From: Craspedostauros australis
Taxonomy: Eukaryota
NCBI GenBank assembly: GCA_030167865.1
Contig: JALAGF010006230.1
Location: 1 to 56,372, forward strand
DNA length: 56,372 nucleotides
Reading direction: 5' to 3'
Part shown: piece by piece, positions 1 through 11,164 of the stretch
How positions within the stretch are numbered: position 1 is the first letter of the stretch
How the letters are laid out: each line of letters begins with the position of its first letter
Made by a program: the position numbers and the translations under genes
The notes under the pieces: generated by a model
Databases searched by the model: none
What the model was told of the DNA's origin: nothing
What the model saw: only the letters and a program-made list of their open reading frames with translations

Positions 1-2
1 TG

Positions 3-2640
3 GGGTCCATCTGTGGTGGTATCATTGGGGGCTCAGAGGAGAAGGGTGCTGTGCGCTTCTGCACTCGCTCTCTCTGTCCAACAAAGAGCCATGTCAGGAA
101 CAAGGCTTCTCTGCGTGATGGGAGCTTCTACGTTCGGACCATCAAGGCCGACCAGGCACGATTGATGCCTTCCATCGACGCATCATGGTTGCCTGCGCCC
201 ATGACCAAGGAGGACCTGCTGGCAAAGCTCAAGACCCCAGCAGTGAGGCGCACCTTCCTTCGCAACCTTGCCACCTCTTGCCTCCACATCAAGACTGGTG
301 AGGACATACCAACTATCTAAGTGGAAGAATTCGCTGCTGTTGAGGACCTGGCGTCCCCTTGCCGCCTCGCTCTTCACATCAGCCCACACACAGACAAGGT
401 CTCCTCCATCAAGCTGCAAGAGCTGGACATCGTGGCACCTCTACCAGATGAGTACCAAGTCTCAGACAACACTGACCCTGCCATCGCTGGTGCTGTTGTG
501 CTGATTGAGAACTGGGAACAGGTCCGCTCCAGCTTCAAGCAGCTGGAGAAGATTGTTGCTGGCATCAAGAAAGGACAGGGCGCTGTTTGCAATGCAGTTG
601 CAGACAACATCAGCGCCGTCATGGCCAGCTTGCAGCGTCTGCACACTCAAGACCAGCTCCTCAGCGCCTGCATGGGCGAGGGAGCCAGCGCCGATGAGAC
701 ACTCAGCAAGCAAATCCTCAGCATCCGATCTGCGGTGGAGATGACCAACCAGAAGGCGCTCGACTTTGAGCACTCTGGTGCAGCCAGATTTGCTTGTGAG
801 TGGGCCACCCAGCTTCCCACTCTGCGCTCATCGCTCAACAAGCTCTTTGGCCACTATAGCAACTCAGTCAACGCCATTGTTGGTTGCCTGGATTCCCTGG
901 AGTCCAAGCCATCCTTTTTGCCAGAGCAATCCTCTCCTTCTCGTGGAGTCTCCTTTTCTCCCATCGCTTCCGCCGCATCCATCGCAACCATGGTGGATGA
1001 TGCCGTCGAGCGCCGCTTCCGCGCATTCGAGCGCGACATGGAGGCCAGGCTTTCTGCTTCCCGCTTGGTCCCAGGCATCTCCGTGCCCAGCGGTGTTGGA
1101 ACTGATGTTGCTGAGCGGCGGAGCAAAGCAGAGCGTCGCGTGGAGCAAGCCCTTCGACTCCAGTCCGACCATGCCTTCTCAACCAATAGCGACACCTTCG
1201 CATCGCTTGAGGACGTTTGCGCCTGGATGGACTCCAACAACGTCAAGTCAATGGGATTGTTCTGGGATATGTTCTCCCTGCTCGTGTCCATGAACTCCAA
1301 GGCCAACAAGAGTGGCAGGGATCGCGCTGATGAGGGCTACTCTGCCAGTCGCATTGCTGCCACTGTTGCTGAGATTGACCTTGCCGCATCCATGGGCCAC
1401 ATCCGTCCCATCGCTTTCTTTGCCAAGAACGGTTGTGGAAAGCTCTCGCCACCTGAGGAAGGCTTGGCTGCTGCTCCCAGCTGGAACAAGTGGGCCAATG
1501 GAATGTCATCCTACCGTGGCATCGTCTCCTCATCCTACTGTGGGTACCTGCAAGGCATCAATGGAAAGGTCCCATCCTGCGGCAACCCTGCCTAGGCGGT
1601 GCTTGCTTGCTACCTTAGTGGGTGTGCTGAGATCCATTGGCATGGGCTCACCTTAATAGAGCTAAACTAGTACCCACTTTAGAGAGAGACTACAAATCAC
1701 CCGACCTGTCAGCACTCCAGTAGATCGAATGATTACTTCACCGGCCCCCACGTTTGGGGACAGATCCAGAACATTGAAGCAGATCTTTGGAACCCATGTC
1801 AAGGAACCAGTAGGGTTCCGATAACCGAGCCACTGACACCCACCATCGCCAAAACGCTGACACAGGGAAACAGTGCCCCAGCAACGCAAATCATCGCACC
1901 TTGTCTCTCACAGAACACAGCCAAGGGATCTCGACCCACGGTACATGGGCTACACGATCCATACACACAGTCACTCAGGACACCACAGGAGACCCTCCCT
2001 GCAGGGAAGAACCATAGCACTAATCTCATAATCCACACGTTTCTTCACCATCTACCAGTATTCTCAATTGACTACTTGTAATCCAGAAGACTCACGTTCG
2101 GACCGCTTGCCAATGAAGCCTCTACAGCCAACAACAGCTAACAAGTGATAAGCCATTACGTTTGGGCTCTATTACACCTTGTTCATGCAGACCTTCTACC
2201 ATGACCTCATGTCAGCATCCAACTTTCAGGCGGCCTTGGCTTGGAACTTGGTCAGCCGCTGCATCTGCTCCGTCTTTGACGAGCTGCATCTGGTCCGATC
2301 TGACTCCAGCTTGGTTGCTGGCGAGATGGCAAGCCTCGACAACAAGGCCAAGGTCCTGTGGTCCGTTCTCCGCTGTCATCACATCATGGACTCACTCCAG
2401 GAGGTCGAATTCCATGGGCATCCTGCCCTTGCTCAGGCGCTTTCCATGTACCAGCTCTCTGAGCATGTCGACAGGTCCAAGATGGAGAAACTGCGCGATG
2501 AGATCAAGCTCGTCAAGTCGCTGGCACAGGATGCCATGGACGAGGCTGAGCGCAGCGGCAAGAAGGCTGCCAAGGCCAAGCGGGCTGGTGCCAACGCGAA
2601 GAACAAGCTCAACCAACAGAAGAAGAAGGGCAGTAACTGA
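3..2640 (+). pseudogene. Decayed ORF1 (gag-like) of a probable DIRS/tyrosine-recombinase-type retroelement, interrupted by a 521-bp insertion
   Basis: ORFs 51-320 and 321-1595 share one frame (in-frame stops TAA 318-320, TAG 1593-1595). Removing 1654-2179 joins it in frame to ORF 2179-2640 (...WHGLT-LFMQTFY...). N-terminal CGGIIG...RFC..C...SH Cys/His motif, coiled-coil middle, Lys-rich end. DIRS assignment is recalled family resemblance only; no RT or recombinase is visible. Confidence 0.5.
1654..2174. mobile_element. 521-bp non-coding insertion (solo LTR or MITE) with 9-bp terminal inverted repeats and 5-bp TSD
   Basis: Starts TAATAGAGC (1654-1662), ends GCTCTATTA (2166-2174). Flanked by direct repeat CACCT (1649-1653 and 2175-2179). 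Excision restores the host reading frame. Confidence 0.9.
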
Positions 2641-2643
2641 GAC

Positions 2644-3392
2644 ATGGCTCCTGGGTCGGCTATTGCGGCGGATGGTGTGGCTTCCAGACTGTCCTTGCAT
2701 GGCGTGACTGGGGGCACAGTTGGGTGCAGGTTGCAGCAGACTAATTGCTGTGCGGGCGTCATTGCTTTGCGATGCCCGGCTTGAGTGTTCGATCTTGACT
2801 CGCTGGGGCTGTCTGTCGGCTTCATCGCCGGCTGGGCTGGCTCTGACGAGGATGGCGCAATCATCTGGCAGCTGCTTCCATTGGTGGTGCTGCAACCAGC
2901 AGCACCATCTGTGGCGCAGCTCAACAGCGTTAATCTGCTACTAGCCAAGCATTCCATCACCAAATCTCTCTTCTCTGCTGTTGATGCCAGTTCTCTTGTT
3001 GTGGTCGCTTCATCGCATCGCTCTTGCTGGCTTCCACCTGGTTGGTCGGCATGGTCTTGGCAAGAGGAGCACTCACAAGTCGGTGGCGTCACCGATGCCG
3101 TAGGCTCTCCGACTATCTTCTGGCGATGCCCTTCGCCTCCACAAGGCCCCCTACAGATTCATTCGGTTCCTCGCACTCTGCACTCGGTGCTGGACGACAA
3201 GCAGTCGTCTCAGCACTGGCATCCTCCTCCACCCAACCTCAATGTTGGACCTCTTCGCGCCGTCCGCGTGGACGCCGTGAAGGTGTATGGTAAACCTGTG
3301 CTGCATCCTGGTGGTCTCATCCCGATCGGTTGCCTTCGGTAGGAGTTTGTGCTGGCGCCTTCCGTGTCCGGTCGTGGCAGGTGGTGTGCTCG
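2644..3392 (+). pseudogene. Decayed start of ORF2 of the same retroelement, truncated by the LTR-like repeat
   Basis: ATG 2644 lies 3 bp after the ORF1 stop, in the same frame. In-frame stops TGA 2782-2784 and TAG 3340-3342. Motifs CPA*VFDLDSLG, HSQVGGVT, HPGGLIP, VLAPSV..GRWCAR. Ends abruptly at TGTTGG (3393). Confidence 0.45.
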
Positions 3393-4200
3393 TGTTGGCA
3401 AGTTCCGCTCACGGTAACCTACAATCGTGGAAGATGGTGTTGGTTGATAGTCGTCTGTTTGCTATTTCATTACTTGGCTACTCCGGTCCTCTCGGTGTAT
3501 GCCGTTCTCTTGCCCGATGCTCTTGGCGCTTCAATCTGTTTCGTAGATTCAGTCTCCGACTATGAGTCGGTACGCAAGATCCTCTCTCGCTCCTCTCTGT
3601 ATTCTCTCTCTCTCTCTCTCAACATCGTGTGTTCGTGCTACACGATACTCCGTGTTCGATGCGTACTCCGCATTCGACACTCTGTTTGTTCAGTACTGGT
3701 TCCTACTCCATGAGTACTTACCATTTGAAGTTCACCTTCAGTATCCATGATCTTCATGGGTCATTGTATCTTCGCCTCCTGCTCTGACTTGGAGACAGCT
3801 GTCAACGTGGTGACATGTTGACATCCTGTCGACGTCAGTAGGCGTCCTTCTGCTCTCCAGATGTCACATTCCATTGGTGATGCAGCAGCCTGTCAGATGA
3901 TATCGTCATCTGAGGTTTAGTTGGGAAGTACCTCGAGATTCTCTTGGTACCATTGATGCATGGACAGACGATCTTCCAATTCTCTCAGAAATCGTCATTT
4001 GCAAATTTCCTCCAGAAATCTTGCCCCTTTTCATGTGTTCCATTTCCGCTNNNNNNNNNNNNNNNNNNNNNNNNNNNNNNNNNNNNNNNNNNNNNNNNNN
4101 NNNNNNNNNNNNNNCGTCCAAGTGCGTATGAGAGAATAACGGGTGAACGATGCACATATACACATACATCTTGACATATACTCACATGTACATCTCGACA
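3393..4200. mobile_element. Solo-LTR-like repeat, copy 1 (~810 bp, contains N-gap 4051-4114)
   Basis: Begins TGTTGGCAAGTTCCGCTC, ends CATCTCGACA (TG...CA). Near-identical to 9291-10036 and 11165-11934. No coding capacity. Confidence 0.8.
4051..4114. other. Assembly gap (64 N) inside repeat copy 1
   Basis: Run of n. Confidence 1.
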
Positions 4201-4320
4201 TGGCATCCATATCCTCATGCAGCATATGTTTAGATGATAATATGAGATGATCTGGTTGCATCGATCAACCCCACCCATCCAGTGATTGTAGTCATGAATC
4301 ATTTTGGGGATGCTGATTCT
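4201..4320 (-). pseudogene. piggyBac-like transposase fragment (catalytic YNxxMGGVD region)
   Basis: Minus strand reads ISIPKMIHDYNHWMGGVDRCNQIISYYHLNICCMRIWMP, matching the piggyBac YN..MGGVD..DQ...Y motif. Upper boundary approximate. Confidence 0.8.
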
Positions 4321-5770
4321 CGCATTCCAATCCTCATGCACTACGGTATCATCCTGGAGGATCTGTTTTGCATGGTGCTCGCGTTCGCCTAGCCTGCCAT
4401 CGCTCCAAACTTAACCAAAGAATCTTCGCGCACGCTGATGGCAGACTTCCTGAATGCTGATCCAACCACTAACAAGTTCCACGGAGCAAGCAAGAATCTG
4501 TGGAAGCTCAGCGCCGAAGATCTTCTTCATCACATGAAGATCTGGCAAGCATGCCACTCCCAGTTGACCTTCCCTGTCCCGCCAGTGAGGACATTCCTTC
4601 CGTACCTCTGCGCAGTTTGGAATTGTCTCAAAGGTGGTTCCGACATAACAACAAAGATGATCTGCCAGCACGAAGCCCCGCTGCCCAAAGCAACCTTGCA
4701 ATCTGTTGCTGTCGGTCGCCAGATCCAAACCATGTTTGTCGCTCTCCACAGATTGATTCAACACACTCGAGCAATGCGATCGGAACGAAGATCCCAAGTG
4801 CAACCTGATGATACCATCGAACACTATCGCAACAGGGTGAACCATGACTGGAGCTTCAAACAATCTATCTCCGGGATCATCGAACAAGTGCGGAAGCTGT
4901 TGGGCATTGCGCTCGCCAATGAGAACAAGCAGCACAAGAAGAAGACTGGGAAGAAGAAGGTGATCCACAAGACAATCGTTCTACCTGATGGAATACCTGC
5001 AGTGGACGATGGGGAGATGCAACCCGCAGGCTCACCACAATGACCCTTGAAGATCAAAGGAATCCTCAGTGCCATGTCAACGATGTAATTGAACGAGGAA
5101 GAAAAAATGAAGAAACGCATCACAGAAGGAACACACATCCCTAGGTACATCACTGAGGGAAGAGGTACGTGTATTGTGTGCAATGCACAAACCAAATGGA
5201 TTTGTCCAGGATGCAATATATTTGCATGTGGATACATCAAGCCAAAGAAGCAAGAATGGTTACAGAAATGTGGCATCCCCCCCCCCCACCGTCGCTCTCA
5301 TAAACGTAACGAAGGGCGCCAATGCTATCATCATCCAGAACTGCTGTCATCGCATTGCTCACACTGAAGGGGAGGACTGGGCTGAGAAGGTGAAAGCACA
5401 GTTTGCTCGGGAGAAGAAAGAAAGAACCAATCTACCAAACAACGACAACCACAGCAAGAGCGACAGCAACAGCGATCAAGACTATGCTTCATCTGTAGAG
5501 TCGAACACAGCAGGGATTTCGACGCCAACAAACCCTAACATCACTCCACCAGTCTTAAACGCCGCTCCATCAAACACCAGTGAGGAATCTCAAGCATGCA
5601 AACGCCACGCCACGAACCTCAGAAGCAACAAATACAGGCACACAGCAGTCAACCTCAATGAAGCAATGGAAGCGGCACGAAGAGCTGCGGCAGAAGCCAG
5701 ACTTCAAAGCCGATCCACGGGCATCATTAGTCATGGGCGCAACGCAAAGAAACGAAATCGTGCAAATTGA
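4321..5770 (+). pseudogene. Divergent transposase-like pseudogene (C-terminal part with Cys-rich domain)
   Basis: ORFs 4438-5043 and 5089-5367 share a frame (stops 4390, 5041, 5086); a poly-C run near 5277-5288 shifts into ORF 5174-5770. WNCLKGGSD resembles piggyBac YNxxMGGVD; CIVC-x7-CPGC...C resembles a transposase C-terminal zinc ribbon. Confidence 0.5.
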
Positions 5771-6061
5771 ACGAGATACATAATAGCGACATATTATAAG
5801 AATAGTACATGAGAACAACACAAAATGACACTGTTCGAAAACAACAATCATCACAAAGGTGCTTGGGATGAAACATGAACACTCGTGTGGTAGAGGAAGT
5901 GAGCAAAAGGGATGGGTTGATACAGAATACAACGTCGCCATGATGAGGAGTTTACACGCAGTGATACGAGTAAAACGAGAATCGGAAGTCGAGTGTGCGA
6001 GTCTCAAGAGAAATCGTTTGAAATGAGATTAATCGAAGTAGTCGTTGTTTTCTCAAACACT

Positions 6062-6197
6062 GGACTGGCAAATCCACTTACGGTAAGTGGATTCACCACT
6101 CCATTGACGACCCCTGTGCACGAAATAGGAAAACAAGTGGACCCATGAGTCCACTTACGGCTAAGTGGATTCACCAGTCCCGAAAAAATCCTTACGG
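6062..6197. repeat. Nested inverted/palindromic repeats, probable transposon subterminal end
   Basis: 19-bp IR 6062-6080 / 6162-6180 (2 mismatches). Perfect 11-bp hairpin AATCCACTTAC-G-GTAAGTGGATT at 6071-6093. CTTACGG occurs three times. Confidence 0.7.
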
Positions 6198-6828
6198 ATA
6201 TTATCACATCCATGAGCAAATAGAATAATGTTACTCAGAATCTGATGCGGGCTTGTCTAAAGTAGATACCGTAGGCATAACAAAGACTCAAAATAGCTCG
6301 AGTTAATCCAAGCAGTATTCTGTCACGAATAGGTCCTGTGAAGTTTTGGGGCTCAAGAGTCAATGCGAACCGTGACATGACACTGGGGTGGAGGGAGCTC
6401 AATGCGAAAATCCTCTATTATGACTCTTTCCACCACTTCCATTGGACGAAGCGCGTGTTCGCCTTGAAACGCCTGTTTAACCGTCTCACATGCATTTGTG
6501 TTCATGTCTTCTCCTCACTTGATCGCGGCTCTTTGCTTTTTTTCGGCGATGATCTCTGACCAGCTTTTTTATTCACACGGTTTGTGAGCAGCAAGAAGCA
6601 CTGTGCGGTGGAAGCTGTTATTGGAGACCACTGTACGAACACTGACAGAGCAGCAGCACTTGTGACGAATGCCACAGTCAACGTCGGGAAGTCTCACCTT
6701 ATCGCTGACACCGACTTCATCATCTGAGTGCGATCCATCGTGGGCAGCGCCAATCGAGCAATGCGGCATCAGTGACTTCTTCCTCTTCCTCTTCTTGGTG
6801 TAGTCGTGCCACAAGCGCAGCAGCAGGG

Positions 6829-8462
6829 ATGATGACGCAAGCCCCCACGAAGTCTCGACGTTGCATAGCGGTGGTGCTGATAGTGGCGCTGGGTTTGCTC
6901 AGCACGCGCTCGAATATGAGGATCCTGACAAACTCGAGGATTGATGACGCTTCTCTGAACAAGACTGCAACAAAGACTGCATCGCCGGTTGGCAGCGAGA
7001 TGGTGGTAGCTGAATCCGATAGGATGGCGGCGCATGTGAAAGCGTCTTCCTTCTCACAACAACGAGAAGAAGAGCAGCAGAAGCAAGTCAATGATACTCG
7101 GACTCAGGAAAGAAACCAATCCATCCCTCAACAGCATCAGTCACAGTCACAGTCGCGATTTGCGTATCTGTTCCTCTTGGGAGCCGTCGATCCGACGGAC
7201 AACGGATACAGAGGGTATCTTCTCAACACATGGATCGCCGCATACTTGTTACGACTCGGAGGCTCGAAGGCTGACATCATCCTCATGCTGCAGTTTGCCA
7301 ACGGCACGCCCAAAGAAGAGCTCACGTCGTTGGAACAGCACATCACCGCAGACCTTGGTATTCAGATACGCATGCTGTCGACACCTTCCGTGAAGATGAC
7401 CTTCGCCAGCGTGGTCATGGAGAAATTGAGGCTCTTCCAATTGACGGAATACGAACGTGTCATATTCTTCGATGGGGATGCGTTTCCGTACTGCTCGATG
7501 GATTATCTTTTCGAAGAATCGGTCAAGCCAGCGCCACTGACAACAAAGCGCATCATCATGGATAATTTCATTCAGAATGGTCGCAACTCTCCGATGAACG
7601 CGGGCATGTTCATGGTCAAACCGGAGGAGGGAGATTGGGAGCAGCTGCAGGCCATCATTCGGGATCGTGATCTGGTCAATGGCACGACGTTCGACACGCA
7701 GTACGGCTGGGGTCATCGCATCGGAAACAACGAAGGATGGGACAGCCATCGACAGTCGAATCAAGCGCATTGGTGAGTCAAGTTTGTTCCAACTGTCGTG
7801 TCGTGTCTCGCGTCTGTGATTTGAGCCTGGGATATCTCTACTTTTCTGGACTGCACGTCTCTCGCTCATCTCTTCTAATCCACGACTTTTCTCTTGCGAT
7901 TGCTCGCAACAGGGATTTCTACGGCGCAAGGCTAGATCAAGGTCTATTGTACTACTATCTCCGTTACGTGAAGGGTTCCCTGACCCAAAGTTCGCGGCGG
8001 CGATTCCGAGTCTGGGACGCGCCGCGAAGGACACGGGCTCGATCTCGGGATGGCAAATTAGTCAAGAAAATGATGATCCAGCAAACCATGTACGTTTTCG
8101 CCAATCCACTGCGCAATGTCTCGTGCGCGCACCACGCCGAACTGCGGTTTGCCAACAACGAACCCACGACGCCGTGCAATGACTTTGGACATCTGTTCGG
8201 CGGCTCCAAGCCCTGGGTCCGGACGCGGGATCCTCTCCGCGATTTGCCGTACATTCCGGATCGGTTGTACGGCTCCAAGTCGCCTCTTAATTTGTGGTTC
8301 GTGACGCTGCGCCAACTGATCCGCACATACAACATCACCTATTTGGACGTCGACGATTGGGAGAGAACGAAGAAGGAATCTTTGAGTTCGACCAAGATCA
8401 ATCCGAGAGATGCGAAGGAAGACTTCGTCACAATGGTCCAGCAGCGTTCCAACACGACGTGA
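6829..8462 (+). CDS. Glycosyltransferase family 8-like type II membrane protein; exons 6829-7772, 7913-8462
   Basis: N-terminal TM anchor, KLRLFQLTEYERVIFFDGD (DxD), NAGMFMVKP, DQGLLYYY, GHLFGGSKPW. GTGAGT...CAG intron 7773-7912 joins two ORFs in frame (W-DFYGA). Confidence 0.85.
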
Positions 8463-8866
8463 AGATGAAGCCGACATAGAGTTGTGCGCTTGACAGTGCT
8501 GGTGCGGTATGCATCATATTATAGAATACAATGTAAATTTATTATAATAATATGGTCCTCTGGCAGATGTCTTGTGTGTGTGCGCGTGTGTTTCTGCCAG
8601 CTGCTCGTGTTAGGAAGACAATCTCGTCTCGTTAGGAAATTCACTACCATCCCTTCATGATCCAGAGATAATGACACTATCCCTCAACGGCCCAAGCTTA
8701 AAGCCTATATTATGGGCGATATAATGACACTAGTTGTTTCTTGAATGCATTTTCCCTACCAGGGCCTATGTGAAAACTAAGCCTGTACCTCTCACAACCA
8801 GTGGTATCGTGGGAAACTACTGATTTTTTGTTTGGGTCTGTTTCACTTCTTTCCATGGCATATATC

Positions 8867-9290
8867 TCAATGTTCGCTACAGATATAGACTTTACAGAAG
8901 CTACACATCCTGGTAACCCGTTTAGGTTTGGTTCCCTCCTTGCCAGAAAGTTGCGCATTTGCACCTAGAAATGCACAGTATCGGCACATTCTTGCCCATT
9001 CTCCTTTCACAATAACTTGCTCATGTTCTCCATCCTCTCCCTTCAATCTCCCTTCTGGGAGGGTTGGTAAGGATGTGCTCATTCTGTGCCTTGTCACAAT
9101 CAGTCTGGGTATCTGTTCCGACGATCGTGTGCTTCTCAATTGTCGGATGGTCGACTTGCTGGCAAGGGCTTCCACCATCTCCAGTGTGAATTCCTTTTTG
9201 GGGCAGCCTCTCTTCTTCGTCCACCAGATGGCAATGACTGATCCATGCATTCACTCTGAGGCTGTCCAGGAAATGGAACATGAGTGGCAT
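8867..9290 (-). pseudogene. piggyBac-like transposase C-terminal fragment with cysteine-rich domain (frameshifted)
   Basis: MPLMFHFLDSLRVNAWISH continues the RIWMP fragment at 4201; after a frameshift KEFTLEMVEAL...CRYC...CSFCKVYIC (piggyBac CRD). Confidence 0.8.
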
Positions 9291-10036
9291 TGTTGGCAAG
9301 TTCCGCTCACGGTAACTTACGATCGTGGAAGATGGTGTTGGTTGATAGTCGTCTGTTTGCTATTTCATTACTTGGCTACTCCGATCCTCTCGGTGTACGC
9401 CGTTCTCTTGCCCGATGCTCTTGGCGCTTCAATCTGTTTCGTAGATTCAGTCTCCGACTATGAGTTGGTATGCGAGATCTTCTCTCGCTCCTATCTGTAT
9501 TCTCTCTCTCTCTACATCGTGTGCTCGTGCTACACGATACTCCATGTTCGATGCGTACTCCGCATTTGACACTCTGTTCATTCAGTACTGGCTTCTACTC
9601 CATGAGTACTTACCATTTGAAGTTCACCNNNNNNNNNNNNNNNNNNNNNNNNNNNNNNNNNNNNNNNNNNNNNNNNNNNNNNNNNNNNNNNNNNNNNNNN
9701 NNNNNNNNNNNNNNNNNNNNNNNNNNNNNNNNNNNNNNNNNNNNNNNNNNNNNNNNNNNNNNNNNNNNNNNNNNNNNAAGTACCTCGAGATTCTCTTGGT
9801 ACCATTGATGCATGGACGGACGATTTTCTGATTCTCTCAGAAATCGTTATTTGCAAATTTCATCCAGAAATCTTGCCCCTTTTCGTGTGTTCCATTTCCC
9901 CTGTAATTCTGACGAATCACAGCATACTATTGACACGAATGTAGTTATACCGTCCAAGTGCGTATGAGAGAATAACGGGTGAACGATGCACATATACACG
10001 TACATCTTGACATATACTCACATGTACATCTCGACA
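9291..10036. mobile_element. Solo-LTR-like repeat, copy 2 (contains N-gap 9629-9777)
   Basis: Same TGTTGGCAAG start and CATCTCGACA end as copy 1. Confidence 0.8.
9629..9777. other. Assembly gap (149 N) inside repeat copy 2
   Basis: Run of n. Confidence 1.
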
Positions 10037-11164
10037 GACGAGTCCCGATGGCCACATATACGGAGAGCGAGTGTCGTTCGTGGCGACGGCTAAACTGACG
10101 AACGTAACCTACGCGGCGGTGGCCGGAGAGCGCGCCCAACAGGAAGCTGTCGGCGTTCTTGCCTCTCGGCAGGCGATCGACGAAGCTTCACAGGTGGCAT
10201 GGCCGACTATAGGCAGAGTGCTCCGGCGGATCGGCCAGCCAAAGCGGGTGCTAGTCACCAAGCTGATCACCGGTGAGGCCCCTCTGGGCAAGCGCATGAA
10301 ACGCTGGGGAATGCGGCTGTCGGATCAGTGCCCCGGGTGTGCTGCAAGCGAGGACGCCAAGCATTTCTGGGAGTGTCCCAGCGGCGGCAGGCGCGACGTG
10401 GCTCATCGTCTGCTGAAGGACATTCGACGATGGCTGCAGCGATTCCCGACTCACCCAGCGGTGGCAGCAAGCATTTCAGTCATCCTTCGCAGTCAGTTCG
10501 ACAACTCAGCCTATCTACAAATAGCCAACCCGGGCAGCAAGCTCCATGAGGCCATTCAGCATCAGCTCGCAGTGGGACATCAGGCACTCCGGAAGGGGCT
10601 GCTAGTCACACACTGGGAAAGCATGCAGGAAGAGTTCTTAAAGCAGCAGCAGTCTAGAAGGTCGGCAGCGAAATGGGCAAGGCAACTGGTACGGCGTATC
10701 TGGCACATCGCGTGGAAGCAGTGGGCTGTGCGAAACGACGAGCTTTTTCACAGTCAAGACTCGGCCGAAGCCGAAATGATCCAAGCTCTGGAAAATCAAG
10801 CGGCATCACTTCGACTTCGCCTCGAGGCAGATCAGGCAGCCAACCGACACATTCTGTTGTCCCAGCCGAGGGAAGGAGCTGCTACGGCGCAGGTCGCGGT
10901 ATGAGTGGAGCAAGCCGCTATGATACTGCGTGAACCGGCCGCCTCTGGCGCCCTGCTCACGTGGTTGCGTTATCGCAGGCAAGCTCATCCTGACCCCGGC
11001 TATGGACCCGGCAGCCCTACGGAGAGTGAATAGCGAGGATTTCATTTTGTATACAACAATACACAGATTCCGTGCTCCCTTCGCACCCTGCGCGAAGTTG
11101 AAAGGAGGCAGAGAAAAGCGCCACCGGCGCAGCCTCATAAGAGGGTTTAATCATTGTGATATTT
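10037..11164 (+). mobile_element. 3' fragment of a non-LTR retrotransposon (LINE) with RT-associated zinc knuckle
   Basis: TKLITGEAPLGKRMKRW...CPGC...EDAKHFWEC (zf-RVT-like CCHC) and IWHIAWKQWAVRN. Frame continues past TGA 10902-10904 to TAG 11031-11033 (LLTWL), then a short 3' UTR. Confidence 0.8.

Noticed and set aside
8668..8732. 12-bp direct repeat ATAATGACACTA around CCCTCAACGGCCCAAGC as a piggyBac terminus
   Set aside because: CCC is preceded by CTAT, not TTAA, and no partner TIR is present in the window; cannot be supported.
3393..10036. Intact LTR retrotransposon between repeat copies 1 and 2
   Set aside because: No gag/pol, PBS or outer TSD; the TSD faces inward and the interior is DNA-transposon debris plus a host gene.
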